From assembly GCA_030950765.1 (NCBI GenBank), contig JAUZQX010000141.1:1-35104 (forward strand): a stretch of 35,104 bases of DNA, in the 5' to 3' direction. The notes beneath the pieces are model-generated. The model did not search any database. It had not been told where the DNA came from and saw nothing but the letters and a program-made list of their open reading frames with translations. Of the stretch, positions 1 to 11,158 are shown piece after piece. Source of the DNA: Ghiorsea sp. GTDB lineage: Bacteria > Pseudomonadota > Zetaproteobacteria > Mariprofundales > Mariprofundaceae. The stretch's first letter is position 1; every line of letters starts with the position of its first letter. The position numbers were made by a program, and so were the translations under genes.

Positions 1-1
1 G

Positions 2-721
2 AATGACACGCTTTCGTATTTTGAAGAAGACCCCATCAATCGCTCCTATCATCATCATGCCCTAACCTTTTCTGCCGTGTATGCATTCACTGAAAACTTT
101 ATCCTTCCTTTCTCGCATGATGAAGTGGTGCATGGTAAAGGCTCTATGCCCGAAAAAATGCCGGGGGATGATTGGCAGAAGTTTGCCAACCAACGTCTTT
201 TGTATGCTTATATGTATGCACATCCGGGTAAAAAGCTGCAATTTATGGGTTTAGAGTTCGGGCAATGGCAAGAATGGAACTTTGATGCTTCATTATCTTG
301 GGAGCAATCCAACTTCATGCCGCATCGTGGTTTGCAATTGATGATGCGCGATATGAATCATGTATATAAAGATGAACCTGCTTTGTATGAGGTCGATTTT
401 GATAGCACTGGGTTTCAGTGGATTGATTGCAATGATGCATCGCAATCAGTACTAAGTTTTATCCGTCGCGATAAAAATGGTGGTGAGGTGATTGTGGTGA
501 TGAACTTAACCCCAGTACCTCGCGAGAATTACCGTTTGGGTGTGCCACAAGCAGGCCATTATCAAGAAATTATGAATACCGATGCGGAAACGTATGGTGG
601 TTCAAACCTTGGTAACACGGGTGGTGTGCATTCGGATACACTGCCTTGGATGGAACAAGCACAGTCGATTGAGATTACCCTACCACCTTTGGCATGTTTA
701 CTACTGAAGCTAAACACGTAA
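2..721 (+). CDS. glgB: 1,4-alpha-glucan branching enzyme GlgB, 3' part (begins before window)
   Basis: Frame open from position 2 (NDTLSYFEEDPINRSYHH...). GH13 GlgB motifs ENFILPFSHDEVVHGKGS, HPGKKLQFMG, GFQWID and NTDAETYGGSN. Confidence 0.96.
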   Translation, partial: NDTLSYFEEDPINRSYHHHALTFSAVYAFTENFILPFSHDEVVHGKGSMPEKMPGDDWQKFANQRLLYAYMYAHPGKKLQFMGLEFGQWQEWNFDASLSWEQSNFMPHRGLQLMMRDMNHVYKDEPALYEVDFDSTGFQWIDCNDASQSVLSFIRRDKNGGEVIVVMNLTPVPRENYRLGVPQAGHYQEIMNTDAETYGGSNLGNTGGVHSDTLPWMEQAQSIEITLPPLACLLLKLNT

Positions 722-820
722 GGTAAAAAGCCTAAGGCACTCTAAACAAGCATGAAATCTTTTGCTACTTATGCCTAAACGTTCAGGTAATTAGAGCTTA
801 CTCGACTTTAAAACGTAGCC

Positions 821-2033
821 TTACAATGAAACTTCAAAGCGTAGCAAACCTGCCTTAACTAGAGGAGCAGTGGAATCGCCACCTGCATGCCGAATCCACT
901 GCATCGATGGCTGAATGGCAATCAAAGGCGTAACAAGCAAACGATAAGTTAATTCAATGGCAGTTTCTGCGACTTTCTCAGCATTAGATGCCGCATGAAA
1001 CTTTGCCTGAGCTATCGCTAAACCAATATCATCTTCAACATGGTTTGGCACTAACCCATGCATATGCAAACCAGCACCCATATAGTTATAAATTTCATTT
1101 CGCGATTCAGGTGCATAACCAAGCTGCACAAAACCCGAAATAATCTTATCTTCTGCAAGTTTGACAAGGTCTTGTTCTGCAATCGCATATAATCCATAAT
1201 CATTAGCGGAGGTTTGATTTGAAAATGTTTTCTTAGCTGTATACTGCCAACATCCTATTTCATAAGCTCTTGTATCTTCATGAATACCAGCCTCGATTAT
1301 CCAAAGTTTTCCTTCATCCTTTTTAAAGGTGCGGGTACTCGAATCGCCATCATAGAAAGCAGCTTGAATATACGTTTGTTCAGTTGGGTTGAATTTTACC
1401 CGTATGCCTAATGCCGCCTTAGGAAATATTGATGCAGGAACATTGCCTGTTAAATCAGGTCCAATGCCAAAAGAACTGTTCAGAAAAAGAGAAGCATAAT
1501 CACTAACGTAGAACTCCGAATTCATATCATGAAGCCCAGCTAAGATTGACAGGTCACTTCCAAATGTTTGTTCATACCAGGCCTCATAAATAAGCCATTT
1601 GTTAGGTGCCTCAATGTTAGAATAACCCTGCAAATCTCCAGTGTAGTCAGAGGGAGCTGCTCCAGTATCACCTAAACCATAGGCCGCCTTTCCATGCCCC
1701 TGCTTTTTCAGTATCCACCGTTAAAGTTAAATCTGTATTGGTATGATACACCGTTTTCTTTTGGTTGTTTGCAGAGACAGGGTTAGCAGTAAAATTTTTG
1801 GCAAACTCGCCTGTGTAAACCGAGCTTATCGTAAAACCCTGCTTCTCCAAAGTTTCACGGAACCCACCCCAAGAGCCTGTTATACCAGGCCATTCAAACA
1901 AGCCATCTTTATGCTCATGTACATCTGCTTCGTACTCTGCACTGCTTGTCTTGCCTAAAAAACCTTCTGCATGTGACAGCCCTGAACCAAACAATATGCA
2001 TAGACCTAAACTAATATATTTCTTCATTGACAA
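821..2033 (-). pseudogene. OprB-family carbohydrate-selective porin, split by a frameshift at ~1682
   Basis: N part (2033-1668) has a signal peptide and TGSWGGFRETLEKQG. C part continues in another frame from 1681 (YGLGDTG..GDLQGYSNIEA, LFLNSSFG, IQPSMQWIRHAGG, LRFEVSL). The two parts are colinear halves of one OprB-like protein. Confidence 0.8.
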
Positions 2034-2091
2034 CCTCTTCTCAATAACTTTTAAAGTTACACTTTTCGCCCTCAGCCCAAAGAGTTAGAAG

Positions 2092-3060
2092 TTAAAACAA
2101 ATCAATATCACCTTCATCCATACTTTCTTGAGACACAGGGTTAGAACTCTCCAATTTAAGTGTTTGATGATAGGCAATCATGGAGGCATGAATCGCGGTG
2201 ACGCGTTGTACATAATCCTCTTCATTCACACCTTCACTTTTTAGCCCTTGTAATCCCTGATTGAGGATTGCCAACATACCATTCATTCGACCAAGGTGTA
2301 GTTTCATATAACCAATACTTTGCGTAGAAATATCTTCAAATTGCAAGGCACGAATTGCTGCACCCAAATATTTCCGCATATTGGCATTCACTTCATTGAC
2401 CTGAGTTCTGCTCGCCGAAATCGTGTCATTAATTTGGAAAATATGGTTCAATATTTCTTCAACTTTTGCTTTTGCTGAAAATACATCATCCATATCTTTA
2501 GAAGCAATTGCATCAATCAAACTATGTGTTTCTTGAAACTTCAGCTGTGTTTCAGACGTATAATTCACATGTTTTTCTTGCTCATCCCGAATATCAGCAA
2601 TCAACTGCCGCGTTTCTGGCGTTTGCTGTGTATCACAAGCACAAAGTTGATCTATCAGTGCACTTTGTTTTTTCTCCATTGTCATCATCACCTGCATACG
2701 TTGTTGCATCGTGTCCATCACCGTTAACGCATGTAGGTTATTTTTTCCGCTCAGCAGCAAAGCATCAATCATATATGTGAGTGTTTCGCTTGCACTTTCA
2801 GCTTTTTGAAAAATATTTGCTTCATCACTTGTGCCCGTCACATCACTCATCAACGCTGTCATGGTTTTCATTTGTTGATCTGATGCCGAATGAATCGAAT
2901 CAAACGCTTCGTGCAACGATGAAATAGCATCTTTTAATAAGGATGCAACCTGCTCAGCCTGTGCATCAATGGCGTGCACCTCACCTTCCATACTTTCTTG
3001 GATATTATCCAACACAGCTGTCACTGAACTTGAAAGCGAAACATCTCCATTATTCATCAT
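2092..3060 (-). CDS. Soluble coiled-coil chemotaxis-cluster protein (McpA/CttP-like; CheZ-like DxxxQ motif; no intact MCP hairpin tip)
   Basis: Last che-operon gene, 13 bp after cheB, SD AGAGGT. Motifs IASKDM and ALQFEDISTQ; C-terminus NPVSQESMDEGDIDLF. Confidence 0.7.
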   Translation of the reverse strand: MMNNGDVSLSSSVTAVLDNIQESMEGEVHAIDAQAEQVASLLKDAISSLHEAFDSIHSASDQQMKTMTALMSDVTGTSDEANIFQKAESASETLTYMIDALLLSGKNNLHALTVMDTMQQRMQVMMTMEKKQSALIDQLCACDTQQTPETRQLIADIRDEQEKHVNYTSETQLKFQETHSLIDAIASKDMDDVFSAKAKVEEILNHIFQINDTISASRTQVNEVNANMRKYLGAAIRALQFEDISTQSIGYMKLHLGRMNGMLAILNQGLQGLKSEGVNEEDYVQRVTAIHASMIAYHQTLKLESSNPVSQESMDEGDIDLF

Positions 3061-3073
3061 GCATACCTCTTGT

Positions 3074-4138
3074 TTAGTTTAAGTTGTTTAACAATGTTGC
3101 TACAATCTTATTTAAGGGCTGTACTTCTTTGGCTGCACCAAGTTTGTACGCCGCACCAGGCATACCCCAAACCACACTGGTTGCTTCGTCTTGAATCAAT
3201 GTATATGCCCCAGCATCCAACATTTCTTTCATGCCTTCAGCACCATCATCACCCATACCTGTTAACATTACGCCAATCGCATTCGGCCCAACATTTTGTG
3301 CAACTGAGCGAAACATCACATCCACAGAAGGTCTATGTCTGTTCACAGGAGGCCCATCATTAAGATGGCATACATATCGCGCGCCATCCCTATGCACCAA
3401 TAGATGTTTTTCTCCAGGAGCTAAATACACATGACCAGGGATAATTTGTTCGCCATGTTCCGCAAGTTTCACTTTCATTTGTGAATTACCATCCAAACGT
3501 TTGGCATACGATTCACTAAATGCAACAGGAAGGTGCTGTGAAATCACAACGGCAGGAAACCCTGATGGCAAAGCTGATAATACTTGCGCTGTTGCTTCTG
3601 TGCCTCCTGTTGATGCTCCCAAAGCAACAATCTTTTCCGTGGTTCTAAAATGACTTTTTCCTGTTTTTCGCGCAATCACTACATCTGCCGAATTACTGGC
3701 ATCAACTTCAAGCACCTTAGGTTTACTGTGTTTGATGGCTGTTACCTTAGCACCCGCAGCCATCCGTACCTTACTTACAATTTCATCAGCATACGCATCT
3801 AACCCACCCCCCAAAGCAGCTGGTTTACAAACAAAATCGACCGCCCCCATCGCCAATGCATCCAAGGTAACTTCTGCACCCTTTTGAGTTAGAGAAGATA
3901 CCATCACTACAGGCATAGGTCGCAAACGCATCAGGTTAGCCAAAAAAGTTAAACCATCCATACGTGGCATCTCCACATCCAAGGTCAATACATCAGGGTT
4001 TAATTGTTTAATTTTATTTCGCGCCACCAGCGGGTCTTGTGCCGTTCCGACAACTTCTATACCTGCTGCTTGCTCAAGAATACGCGTTAACATTTGTCTT
4101 ACCAAAGCAGAATCATCAATCACTAAAACTTTTATCAA
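3074..4138 (-). CDS. cheB: Chemotaxis response regulator protein-glutamate methylesterase CheB
   Basis: Receiver domain ([18 protein letters not shown]) plus methylesterase motifs GASTGG, QHLP, RPSVDV and [12 protein letters not shown] start overlaps the cheD stop. Confidence 0.97.
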   Translation of the reverse strand: MIKVLVIDDSALVRQMLTRILEQAAGIEVVGTAQDPLVARNKIKQLNPDVLTLDVEMPRMDGLTFLANLMRLRPMPVVMVSSLTQKGAEVTLDALAMGAVDFVCKPAALGGGLDAYADEIVSKVRMAAGAKVTAIKHSKPKVLEVDASNSADVVIARKTGKSHFRTTEKIVALGASTGGTEATAQVLSALPSGFPAVVISQHLPVAFSESYAKRLDGNSQMKVKLAEHGEQIIPGHVYLAPGEKHLLVHRDGARYVCHLNDGPPVNRHRPSVDVMFRSVAQNVGPNAIGVMLTGMGDDGAEGMKEMLDAGAYTLIQDEATSVVWGMPGAAYKLGAAKEVQPLNKIVATLLNNLN

Positions 4139-4758
4139 AACAAATCTACCTCACCTGTAACGGGTGCTTCTTTAATACTACTGAAATAAGTTTTCTCTCG
4201 TTCAATTAATGTATCATTATGTAAGCTGGCAAGTTTCTTCATTAAAACACGACCTGTTTTAGGAAAATAATATATTTTCCGTGGGTAGTTCCCGTTTAAA
4301 TCCTGTGAGACAATGGGTAAGCCTTCTTCATTCAAATAGTCGATAACAAACTTGGCGTTGCATGCACCAATATCCGATAGACCTTGAATAATACGACCAC
4401 CGCCAAACACTTTCACTTCAAGGTTTTTACGCATGCCACCCTGTGACAAAATATCATTAATCAAATGTTCCATGGCATGATTGCCAAACCGTGTTACCTG
4501 ATCAACCACTCCGCCTGTCCAGCCACTACGTTCCCCTTCTTGAATGGGCAACATAAAGTGATTCATACCACCAATACCAAACACACGGTCTCTCACGCAT
4601 GCCGATACACAAGAGCCCAACACTGTAACCACAGCCTCAGGTTTGGTGGTAACATAATACTCGCCTGGTAATAGCTTAGCTGTAGCCCCATGTTCTTTAT
4701 CATAGTAGGTATTGATATGTTCAAAACCGGGTAGCCGTGATTCAACTGGAATCGCCAT
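4135..4758 (-). CDS. cheD: Chemoreceptor glutamine deamidase CheD
   Basis: [26 protein letters not shown] and KVFGGG motifs. Confidence 0.97.
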   Translation of the reverse strand: MAIPVESRLPGFEHINTYYDKEHGATAKLLPGEYYVTTKPEAVVTVLGSCVSACVRDRVFGIGGMNHFMLPIQEGERSGWTGGVVDQVTRFGNHAMEHLINDILSQGGMRKNLEVKVFGGGRIIQGLSDIGACNAKFVIDYLNEEGLPIVSQDLNGNYPRKIYYFPKTGRVLMKKLASLHNDTLIEREKTYFSSIKEAPVTGEVDLF

Positions 4759-5594
4759 TAGCTACCCCCCTTGATATAGACCGATTTTCCCACCAAGGTA
4801 TAACTATCACTCATATGATTCATTGCCTCAGAATGACCCAAGAACAAATGACCATCATCAACCAGCATATCAGCATACCTTTCCATCAATGTTTGTTTGG
4901 TCGGCATATCAAAATAAATAATCACATTGCGACAAAAAATAATGTCTATTGGTCCTTTCATCGGCCACTGTTGTAATAAATTTAACTGCTTAAAATAAAT
5001 CAACGCTTGCAATTCAGGTTGCACTCGAACTTTACCAGGGTGTTGTTTATTCCGAACAAACCAACGTTTTACCGTTGCTTTACTTAAACCTTCAATACGC
5101 GATTCATCATAAATCCCCGTTTCACCATGCTGTAAAACATCGGTATCCAAGTCGGTGGCTAATATCTTCACATCCCAGCCTGCAGGCATAGTTTCAGCCA
5201 CTGTCATCGCAATAGAATACGGTTCTTCGCCCGTAGAGCAGCCTGCAGACCAAATACGAATCTTCTTCGTATCACGGTTACGCTTCATCAACTCAGGAAG
5301 TACTGTTTGTTTCAAATAGTCAAAATGATGATTTTCTCTAAAAAAGGAAGTGAGGTTGGTTGTAACAGCATTCACAAACTCACCAAACTCATCACTTTTT
5401 TCATCTTTTTTCAAAAGCTGAATATATGCTTTAAATGATGGCAAACCCAACTTACGAATCCGTCGCGACAAACGACCATATAACATGTCTTCTTTACCTG
5501 CAGCAAGTTGAATTCCCGTATGTTGATTCACCAAATTACACAACTGGTTAAAATCTTGCCGCGTATAGGGAAACTCACGTTTTTGCTCAGGCAT
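4758..5594 (-). CDS. cheR: Chemotaxis methyltransferase CheR
   Basis: TTNLTSFFRENHHF, IWSAGCSTGEEPYS, IFCRNVIIYFD and LFLGHSE motifs. Confidence 0.97.
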   Translation of the reverse strand: MPEQKREFPYTRQDFNQLCNLVNQHTGIQLAAGKEDMLYGRLSRRIRKLGLPSFKAYIQLLKKDEKSDEFGEFVNAVTTNLTSFFRENHHFDYLKQTVLPELMKRNRDTKKIRIWSAGCSTGEEPYSIAMTVAETMPAGWDVKILATDLDTDVLQHGETGIYDESRIEGLSKATVKRWFVRNKQHPGKVRVQPELQALIYFKQLNLLQQWPMKGPIDIIFCRNVIIYFDMPTKQTLMERYADMLVDDGHLFLGHSEAMNHMSDSYTLVGKSVYIKGGS

Positions 5595-5970
5595 CTGCTA
5601 CCTCAAAACCCATGCCTTGCGTAAGCCCTAATGTGTCTACTGCTTCTTGAAGGGCTGGCGACACCGACAGCCAAACAACAGCCACGGCACGTTTTTTTGC
5701 CTCTTTAACCAAGGCATAAAGCAGTTGAATACCTGCCGCATCAACACGGCTCAATGCTTCACTGTTGATTGAAATATCGACTTGAGCATGAAGTAGCTTG
5801 GATAAACGCTGATGCATAGCTTCTGCATCAGCGATACACAATTGACCTTGCAAAATTAAATCACCCGACACCACAGTTTCAGAATCACTCTCTTCTTCAA
5901 CGGGTGTTTGTTTAATCCAATCCAACGTATCTTCTTGCATCTGCTTATTGCTCATGACTACCTCGCTCAT
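5587..5970 (-). CDS. STAS-domain protein of the chemosensory cluster
   Basis: LQGQLCI..., LSRVDAAGIQLL and SPALQEAVDTLGL match the STAS_2 pattern. Lies between the MCP and cheR. Confidence 0.85.
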   Translation of the reverse strand: MSEVVMSNKQMQEDTLDWIKQTPVEEESDSETVVSGDLILQGQLCIADAEAMHQRLSKLLHAQVDISINSEALSRVDAAGIQLLYALVKEAKKRAVAVVWLSVSPALQEAVDTLGLTQGMGFEVADA

Positions 5971-5995
5971 AACCTTTCGTTTTTATAGTGTTTGT

Positions 5996-8656
5996 TTAGT
6001 CCAACTGAAATATGGATATCACATTACGCAACTCTGCAGCCTGATCATTTAAGCGCTGGCTTGCTGCCGCAGATTCTTCAACCATGGCTGTGTTTTGTTG
6101 TGTTCCCGCATCAAGCTGGGCAATCGCCTTATTGATTTGGTCAATACCTGCAGATTGTTCCACACTTGCCGCAGCAATTTCAGCAATAATATCACTCACC
6201 TTACCTACAGAAGAACGAATATCATTCAGTGCTGTGCCTGATTGATCAACCAGTCTACTACCGTTTTCTACACTCTCTACGCTGCTATTGATTAAGGTCT
6301 TAATTTCTTTGGCAGCTTCAGCAGAACGTTGCGCAAGTGTACGCACCTCACCTGCAACCACGGCAAAGCCACGCCCTTGCTCACCTGCACGCGCAGCTTC
6401 TACTGCTGCATTGAGTGCCAACAAGTTGGTTTGGAAGGCAATTTCATCAATCACACCAATAATATCGGAAATTTTACGACTACTGGCATTAATCTCCGCC
6501 ATCGCTTTCACCGCTTCATCCGCAACCTTGCCACCTGTTTCAGCCTGATCACGTGTATCAAGGGCAAGTTGATTGGCTTGGCGTGAGTTATCAGCAGTTT
6601 GCTGCACTGTGCCTGTAATTTCTTCAATGCTTGCCGCTGTTTCTTCCAATGCAGCTGCTTGCTCTTGCGTTCGAGAGTTTAGCGTATTATTACCCTCAGA
6701 TATTTCTCCAGCACCCAAACCCACTTCTTCAGCGGACGCTTGCACATCACCAATCACATCGGTGAGTTTTTCCATCGTTTGGTTCATTGCTTGTTTGATA
6801 TCATCAAATGTACCTTCATACTCATTTTCAATCCTATATGTTAATACACCGTCATTCAGCGCATTCACTGCATGATGAACATCACCAAAGCCTTGCGCCA
6901 AAATTTTATTCAAATCATTAATCATGCCCGAAAGCTGTAAGAAGAAGCCAACTTTTCCTGTAGTACTCACTTCTTGTGTAAAGTCGCCGCGTTGCACTGC
7001 GGAAAAGACTGATTCAATTTCATGCTCAACATTAATCTCTGCGGTACGGTCTACCCATTCAGCTACCGTAGCTATACGTTCATCGGACTCATTACGCACA
7101 GGTGTTGCAGTAACCCGAACCGTATAATCTCCAATTTTAATATCATCTGATTCATAGCTACTGGTTAATCCAGCTAAAATATCTTGCTGGTGTGCAGGGT
7201 TAGCATGGAATTGATCAATACATGAACCCAACAAGGCATCCGCCTTGAAATCAGGAATAAGTTTAGCGAATTCAGACTCTGCTTTTTGCATAAAACTTTC
7301 CATCGCATTATTCATGTAGAATATTTCTCGGTTTGCATCGGCAATCATCACATTGCTCGATACTTGATCCAAGGCAACCTTAATGCGCAATGCACTTTCG
7401 GCTTCTTCTTGCACTTTCAACACAGCATAACCTTGTATAATCTGCAGCGACTTCAAACCCGATTGAATTTCACCCACTTCATCTTCCACATCCAGTTCTA
7501 TCCAATCAAAATAGTTACCTTCTGCAATCTGGGCCAACTTTTCGCTTGTATAACGCGCTCGCCTTCTAAAAGTGCGAATAAGCATGGTGGATCCAATGCC
7601 AGCAATAAATAATGAAAAAATCACGGATATAATCGATTGTTTGAAAATATCATTGTATGCTTGTTCTGCAGATTCTGCCTCTTCCAAACTTACAGCTGCT
7701 TGCACATCATGAAACTGCCTACCTAAATGCTCCATCTCTTGAAAAGCTTGGTTATTCAAAGCAATCACAATATCATTAAATGTTGCATAATCCTCTTCAA
7801 GTAATGCATCATCCACTTTCATCAGAATAGCATCAATATAGTGCTGGGTTGCCTTCAAAAATGCTTGGCTTGCACTAACCTCTTCTTCACCCAAGTCAGC
7901 TTGCTGAATAACTTTAATATCTTGGTCAATTTCCGCTAGTGCTTTAATTAAGAAAACATGGCTATCTTTAAATGACTGTTCATCCAACAACGTTTGTGTT
8001 TTTTTCAAATCTATCATGATTGACAACACATCACGTTCAATAGCAGCGGCTGATAATGCAACCTGCCTATCATTACCCGACATGAGCAAACCATCATGTG
8101 CCTCAGTTAACCCCTGCAAAGTCATAAACCATGAACCACCCAATAACATAATCACAATGGCTAACGTTGCGGCAATCTTTTGCCAAACTTGCATACGCTT
8201 AAAAATGTTCAGCTTTTGTAATAAACTTTCATCTTTTAAACTTGCCTTACCCGCATTAATTTTAGCATACAATGCGCTGGCTTGTTCAATACTTTGCCTA
8301 TCAGGTGTACTTCTTACCGAAACATAACCTGTAATATTACCGTCATTAAAAATAGGTGCTACATTGGCTTGCACCCAATAGAAGCCACCATCTTTGCAAC
8401 GGTTTTTCACCAAACCCGTCCAAGGTTTTCCCGCTCGCACGGTATCCCACAAATCTTGAAATGCCTCTGGCGGCATCTCAGGATGACGCACCACATTATG
8501 ATTCTTACCAATCAGCTCAGCTTTTGTAAAACCGCTTATTTCAACAAACTCATCATTCACGTCCGTGATAATGCCTTTAAGGTTGGTCTCTGAAATAAGC
8601 ACTTGGCCATCTTTCATCATCACTTCGTGATTGGTAATCGGCAAATTCTTGCGCAC
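5996..8656 (-). CDS. Methyl-accepting chemotaxis protein: Aer-type PAS, TM, periplasmic domain, TM, HAMP, Aer2-type PAS, HAMP, MA
   Basis: GTG start after GACAGGAG. N-terminal PAS with [10 protein letters not shown] and [12 protein letters not shown]; two TM helices ~160 aa apart; second PAS with [11 protein letters not shown]...EWVDRT; MA tip [30 protein letters not shown]. Confidence 0.95.
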   Translation of the reverse strand: MRKNLPITNHEVMMKDGQVLISETNLKGIITDVNDEFVEISGFTKAELIGKNHNVVRHPEMPPEAFQDLWDTVRAGKPWTGLVKNRCKDGGFYWVQANVAPIFNDGNITGYVSVRSTPDRQSIEQASALYAKINAGKASLKDESLLQKLNIFKRMQVWQKIAATLAIVIMLLGGSWFMTLQGLTEAHDGLLMSGNDRQVALSAAAIERDVLSIMIDLKKTQTLLDEQSFKDSHVFLIKALAEIDQDIKVIQQADLGEEEVSASQAFLKATQHYIDAILMKVDDALLEEDYATFNDIVIALNNQAFQEMEHLGRQFHDVQAAVSLEEAESAEQAYNDIFKQSIISVIFSLFIAGIGSTMLIRTFRRRARYTSEKLAQIAEGNYFDWIELDVEDEVGEIQSGLKSLQIIQGYAVLKVQEEAESALRIKVALDQVSSNVMIADANREIFYMNNAMESFMQKAESEFAKLIPDFKADALLGSCIDQFHANPAHQQDILAGLTSSYESDDIKIGDYTVRVTATPVRNESDERIATVAEWVDRTAEINVEHEIESVFSAVQRGDFTQEVSTTGKVGFFLQLSGMINDLNKILAQGFGDVHHAVNALNDGVLTYRIENEYEGTFDDIKQAMNQTMEKLTDVIGDVQASAEEVGLGAGEISEGNNTLNSRTQEQAAALEETAASIEEITGTVQQTADNSRQANQLALDTRDQAETGGKVADEAVKAMAEINASSRKISDIIGVIDEIAFQTNLLALNAAVEAARAGEQGRGFAVVAGEVRTLAQRSAEAAKEIKTLINSSVESVENGSRLVDQSGTALNDIRSSVGKVSDIIAEIAAASVEQSAGIDQINKAIAQLDAGTQQNTAMVEESAAASQRLNDQAAELRNVISIFQLD

Positions 8657-8731
8657 GGAAAACTCCTGTCTATGCTGTTAAAGGTTATATGTTTTTATAA
8701 AAATAGGGGGGCTAACGTGAAACCTTAGCTA

Positions 8732-10594
8732 TTAAAACTCTTCCCATACATCATCACTACCATTGCTAACGACAGGTTTTGTGGGTTTAGCAGCCTTTTT
8801 CTCGCGTGCAGGTCTTGTTGGCACAGATTTACTTCTTGTACTTACTGCCGCAGGCGATTTACGTGTATTTTTAGCTCCGCGTTTGGGCTTCTTCTCTTCA
8901 TTGCTTAACACAAAACGCCCGACTTGCTCACTTAGCTCTGTAGCTTGTTGCTTCAGGCGCTGACTGGATGCCGCAGACTCTTCAACCAAAGCTGTATTTT
9001 GCTGTGTACCTGAATCCAGCTGCACAATCGCTTTATTAATTTGCTCAATGCCCGATGATTGCTCCACACTCGCTGCAGCAATTTCAGCAATAATATCACC
9101 AACCTTACCCACAGCACCCATGATTTCATTAAGCGCTTCACCCGACTCATCTACAAGCTTACTACCTGCATTCACACTTTCCACACTGGTATTGATTAAC
9201 ACTTTGATTTCTTTAGCTGCTTCAGCCGAGCGCTGAGCCAAGGTGCGCACTTCACCTGCAACCACCGCAAACCCGCGACCTTGTTCACCAGCTCGCGCTG
9301 CTTCTACTGCAGCATTAAGTGCCAATAGGTTGGTCTGGAAGGCAATTTCATCAATAACACCAATAATATCGGAAATTTTACGGCTACTGGTATTGATATC
9401 CGCCATCGCTTGTACTGCGCGCTCAGCCACTTTACCACCATCTTCCGCTTGCTCTCTCGCATCTGATGCAAGTTGATTGGCTTGGCGAGAATTATCCGCT
9501 GTTTGCTGCACTGTGCTGGTTATCTCTTCAATACTTGCTGCAGTTTCTTCCAAAGCTGCAGCTTGCTCTTGGGTGCGTGTATTCAGCATGTTATTGCCTT
9601 CTTCGATTTCTGCCGATACAGAATCTACATCAATAGCTTGTTCACTAATCTCAGCGAATGTTTGATTGAGCTCTTCTACCATTCCGTTTATGGCTTGCTG
9701 TAATACAGCCATATCATCGGTATAATCACCATCCAAAGATACAGTCAAATCACCACCTGATATAGCTTGCAATACTTCATTGGCATCACTCATCAATGCT
9801 TGCAGCTTCAGGTTATTTTGTTTTTGTTCAGTCACATCTGTAGCAAACTTCACTACTTTCACCAAACGTCCCTTAGCATCTCGAATAGGGTTGTACGAAG
9901 CTTGAATCCAAACCTCTTTACCGCCCTTACCTATTCGCAAGAATTGGTCTGCAATCACTTCACCATTATTCAAGCGCTGCCAAAACTGTGCATAATCACC
10001 ACTGGCTTTGTATTCAGCTTCAATAAACATGCTATGATGATTGCCCTTGATTTCATTCAACTGATAACCCATGCAATCAAGGAAATTATCATTCGCAGTC
10101 AGAATTGTACCATCAAGTTTAAACTCAATGATTGCCATCACTTTATCAACCGAAGCCATTTTACCGTTAATATCTACATTAAGCAGCTCTTGCTCGGTCA
10201 CATCTGTGGCAAACTTAACGACCTTATACACTTTACCATCAGCATCTCGAATCGGATTATAAGAAGCCTGAATCCAAACTTCTTTACCACCTTTACCCAA
10301 GCGCAGAAACTTGTCTGCCACAAACTCACCACGATTCAACGATTGCCAAAATTGTGTATATTCAGCACTTGCTTTATATTCTGCTTCGACAAATATGCTG
10401 TGATGCTGACCTTGCACTTCATCTAAGGTGTAACCCAGCGTGTTTAAAAAGTTATCATTGGCTGTTTGAATCGTACCATTCAAGTCAAACTCAATCGTCG
10501 CCATCACTTTATCAATTGCAGCAAATACACCTTGATAATCTGTGACTTGATTTTTTAATACCTGCATCTCTTCATTATTATTAGACCAAAACAT
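8732..10594 (-). CDS. Cytoplasmic PAS-PAS-HAMP methyl-accepting chemotaxis protein with C-terminal pentapeptide VWEEF
   Basis: Probable start ATG 10594 (MFWSN.., SD GGAG), not 10705. Two similar PAS-PAC repeats (HHSIF/HHSMF...[12 protein letters not shown]), no TM, MA domain, basic linker, then DDVWEEF. Confidence 0.95.
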   Translation of the reverse strand: MFWSNNNEEMQVLKNQVTDYQGVFAAIDKVMATIEFDLNGTIQTANDNFLNTLGYTLDEVQGQHHSIFVEAEYKASAEYTQFWQSLNRGEFVADKFLRLGKGGKEVWIQASYNPIRDADGKVYKVVKFATDVTEQELLNVDINGKMASVDKVMAIIEFKLDGTILTANDNFLDCMGYQLNEIKGNHHSMFIEAEYKASGDYAQFWQRLNNGEVIADQFLRIGKGGKEVWIQASYNPIRDAKGRLVKVVKFATDVTEQKQNNLKLQALMSDANEVLQAISGGDLTVSLDGDYTDDMAVLQQAINGMVEELNQTFAEISEQAIDVDSVSAEIEEGNNMLNTRTQEQAAALEETAASIEEITSTVQQTADNSRQANQLASDAREQAEDGGKVAERAVQAMADINTSSRKISDIIGVIDEIAFQTNLLALNAAVEAARAGEQGRGFAVVAGEVRTLAQRSAEAAKEIKVLINTSVESVNAGSKLVDESGEALNEIMGAVGKVGDIIAEIAAASVEQSSGIEQINKAIVQLDSGTQQNTALVEESAASSQRLKQQATELSEQVGRFVLSNEEKKPKRGAKNTRKSPAAVSTRSKSVPTRPAREKKAAKPTKPVVSNGSDDVWEEF

Positions 10595-10628
10595 ACAATC
10601 TCCAATTTCCTTTAATATTTTATGTGTA

Positions 10629-11156
10629 TTATACTGCTTCAGCGACTGCTTCAGCGACTGCTTCAGTTTTGTTGGGTTCACGCGCTCCTTTGAGCACACC
10701 CTCATTAATTAATTTATTGATATCCAACAGGATCACCATTTTATCTTCCATGGTGGCTAAACCCGTTACAAAATCGATAGAAATAGCCCCTTCCATATCT
10801 GGTGGTGGTTGCATTTCTGACGGCGTAATGTCATACACCTCTGAAACAGCATCCACGACAATACCCATCACACGCTCTTTATCTCCAGCGTGAACTTTGA
10901 CAATAATCACCACCGTGGTTGGACCATGGTCTTTAGCTTCTAAACCAAAGCGGTCTCGCAAATCAACAATGGGTACAACCACACCCCTTAAATTAATCAC
11001 ACCCAACACAAAGGAGGGTGTGTTGGGGATAGGTGTTGTATTTTCCCAACCCCTAAGCTCTTGCACCGTCAGAATATCAACACCATATTCTTCACCCGAT
11101 AACATGAATGTGAGGTACTGATTTTCCGCCTCTTTCATACTTGAAACACCATCCAT
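10629..11156 (-). CDS. cheW: Chemotaxis coupling protein CheW
   Basis: [33 protein letters not shown] and [10 protein letters not shown] motifs. Start is ATG 11156 or GTG 11162. Confidence 0.96.
   Translation of the reverse strand: MDGVSSMKEAENQYLTFMLSGEEYGVDILTVQELRGWENTTPIPNTPSFVLGVINLRGVVVPIVDLRDRFGLEAKDHGPTTVVIIVKVHAGDKERVMGIVVDAVSEVYDITPSEMQPPPDMEGAISIDFVTGLATMEDKMVILLDINKLINEGVLKGAREPNKTEAVAEAVAEAV
10633..10666. repeat. 12-bp tandem repeat (ACTGCTTCAGCG x2.8) encoding the CheW tail [11 protein letters not shown]
   Basis: Exact copies at 10633-10644 and 10645-10656, and a partial copy at 10657-10666. Confidence 0.9.
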
Positions 11157-11158
11157 AT

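Noticed and set aside
2045-2059. Palindrome TAACTTT-T-AAAGTTA upstream of the porin
   Set aside because: Short and AT-rich, matching no operator I can name, so it may be chance.
6000-9600. Strong similarity between the two MCP signalling domains
   Set aside because: Expected protein-level conservation with many synonymous differences; not a recent DNA repeat.
9767-10426. 219-aa plus-strand ORF and similar antisense ORFs (e.g. 17192-17755, 23210-23764)
   Set aside because: Shadows of well-supported genes on the opposite strand, with no recognisable motifs.
9830-10520. Internal duplication within the PAS-PAS receptor
   Set aside because: Ordinary tandem PAS-PAC domains, common in soluble chemoreceptors.
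10595-10705. N-terminal extension of the 657-aa ORF ([11 protein letters not shown])
   Set aside because: Alternate-frame reading of the cheW tail repeat. The SD supports ATG 10594.
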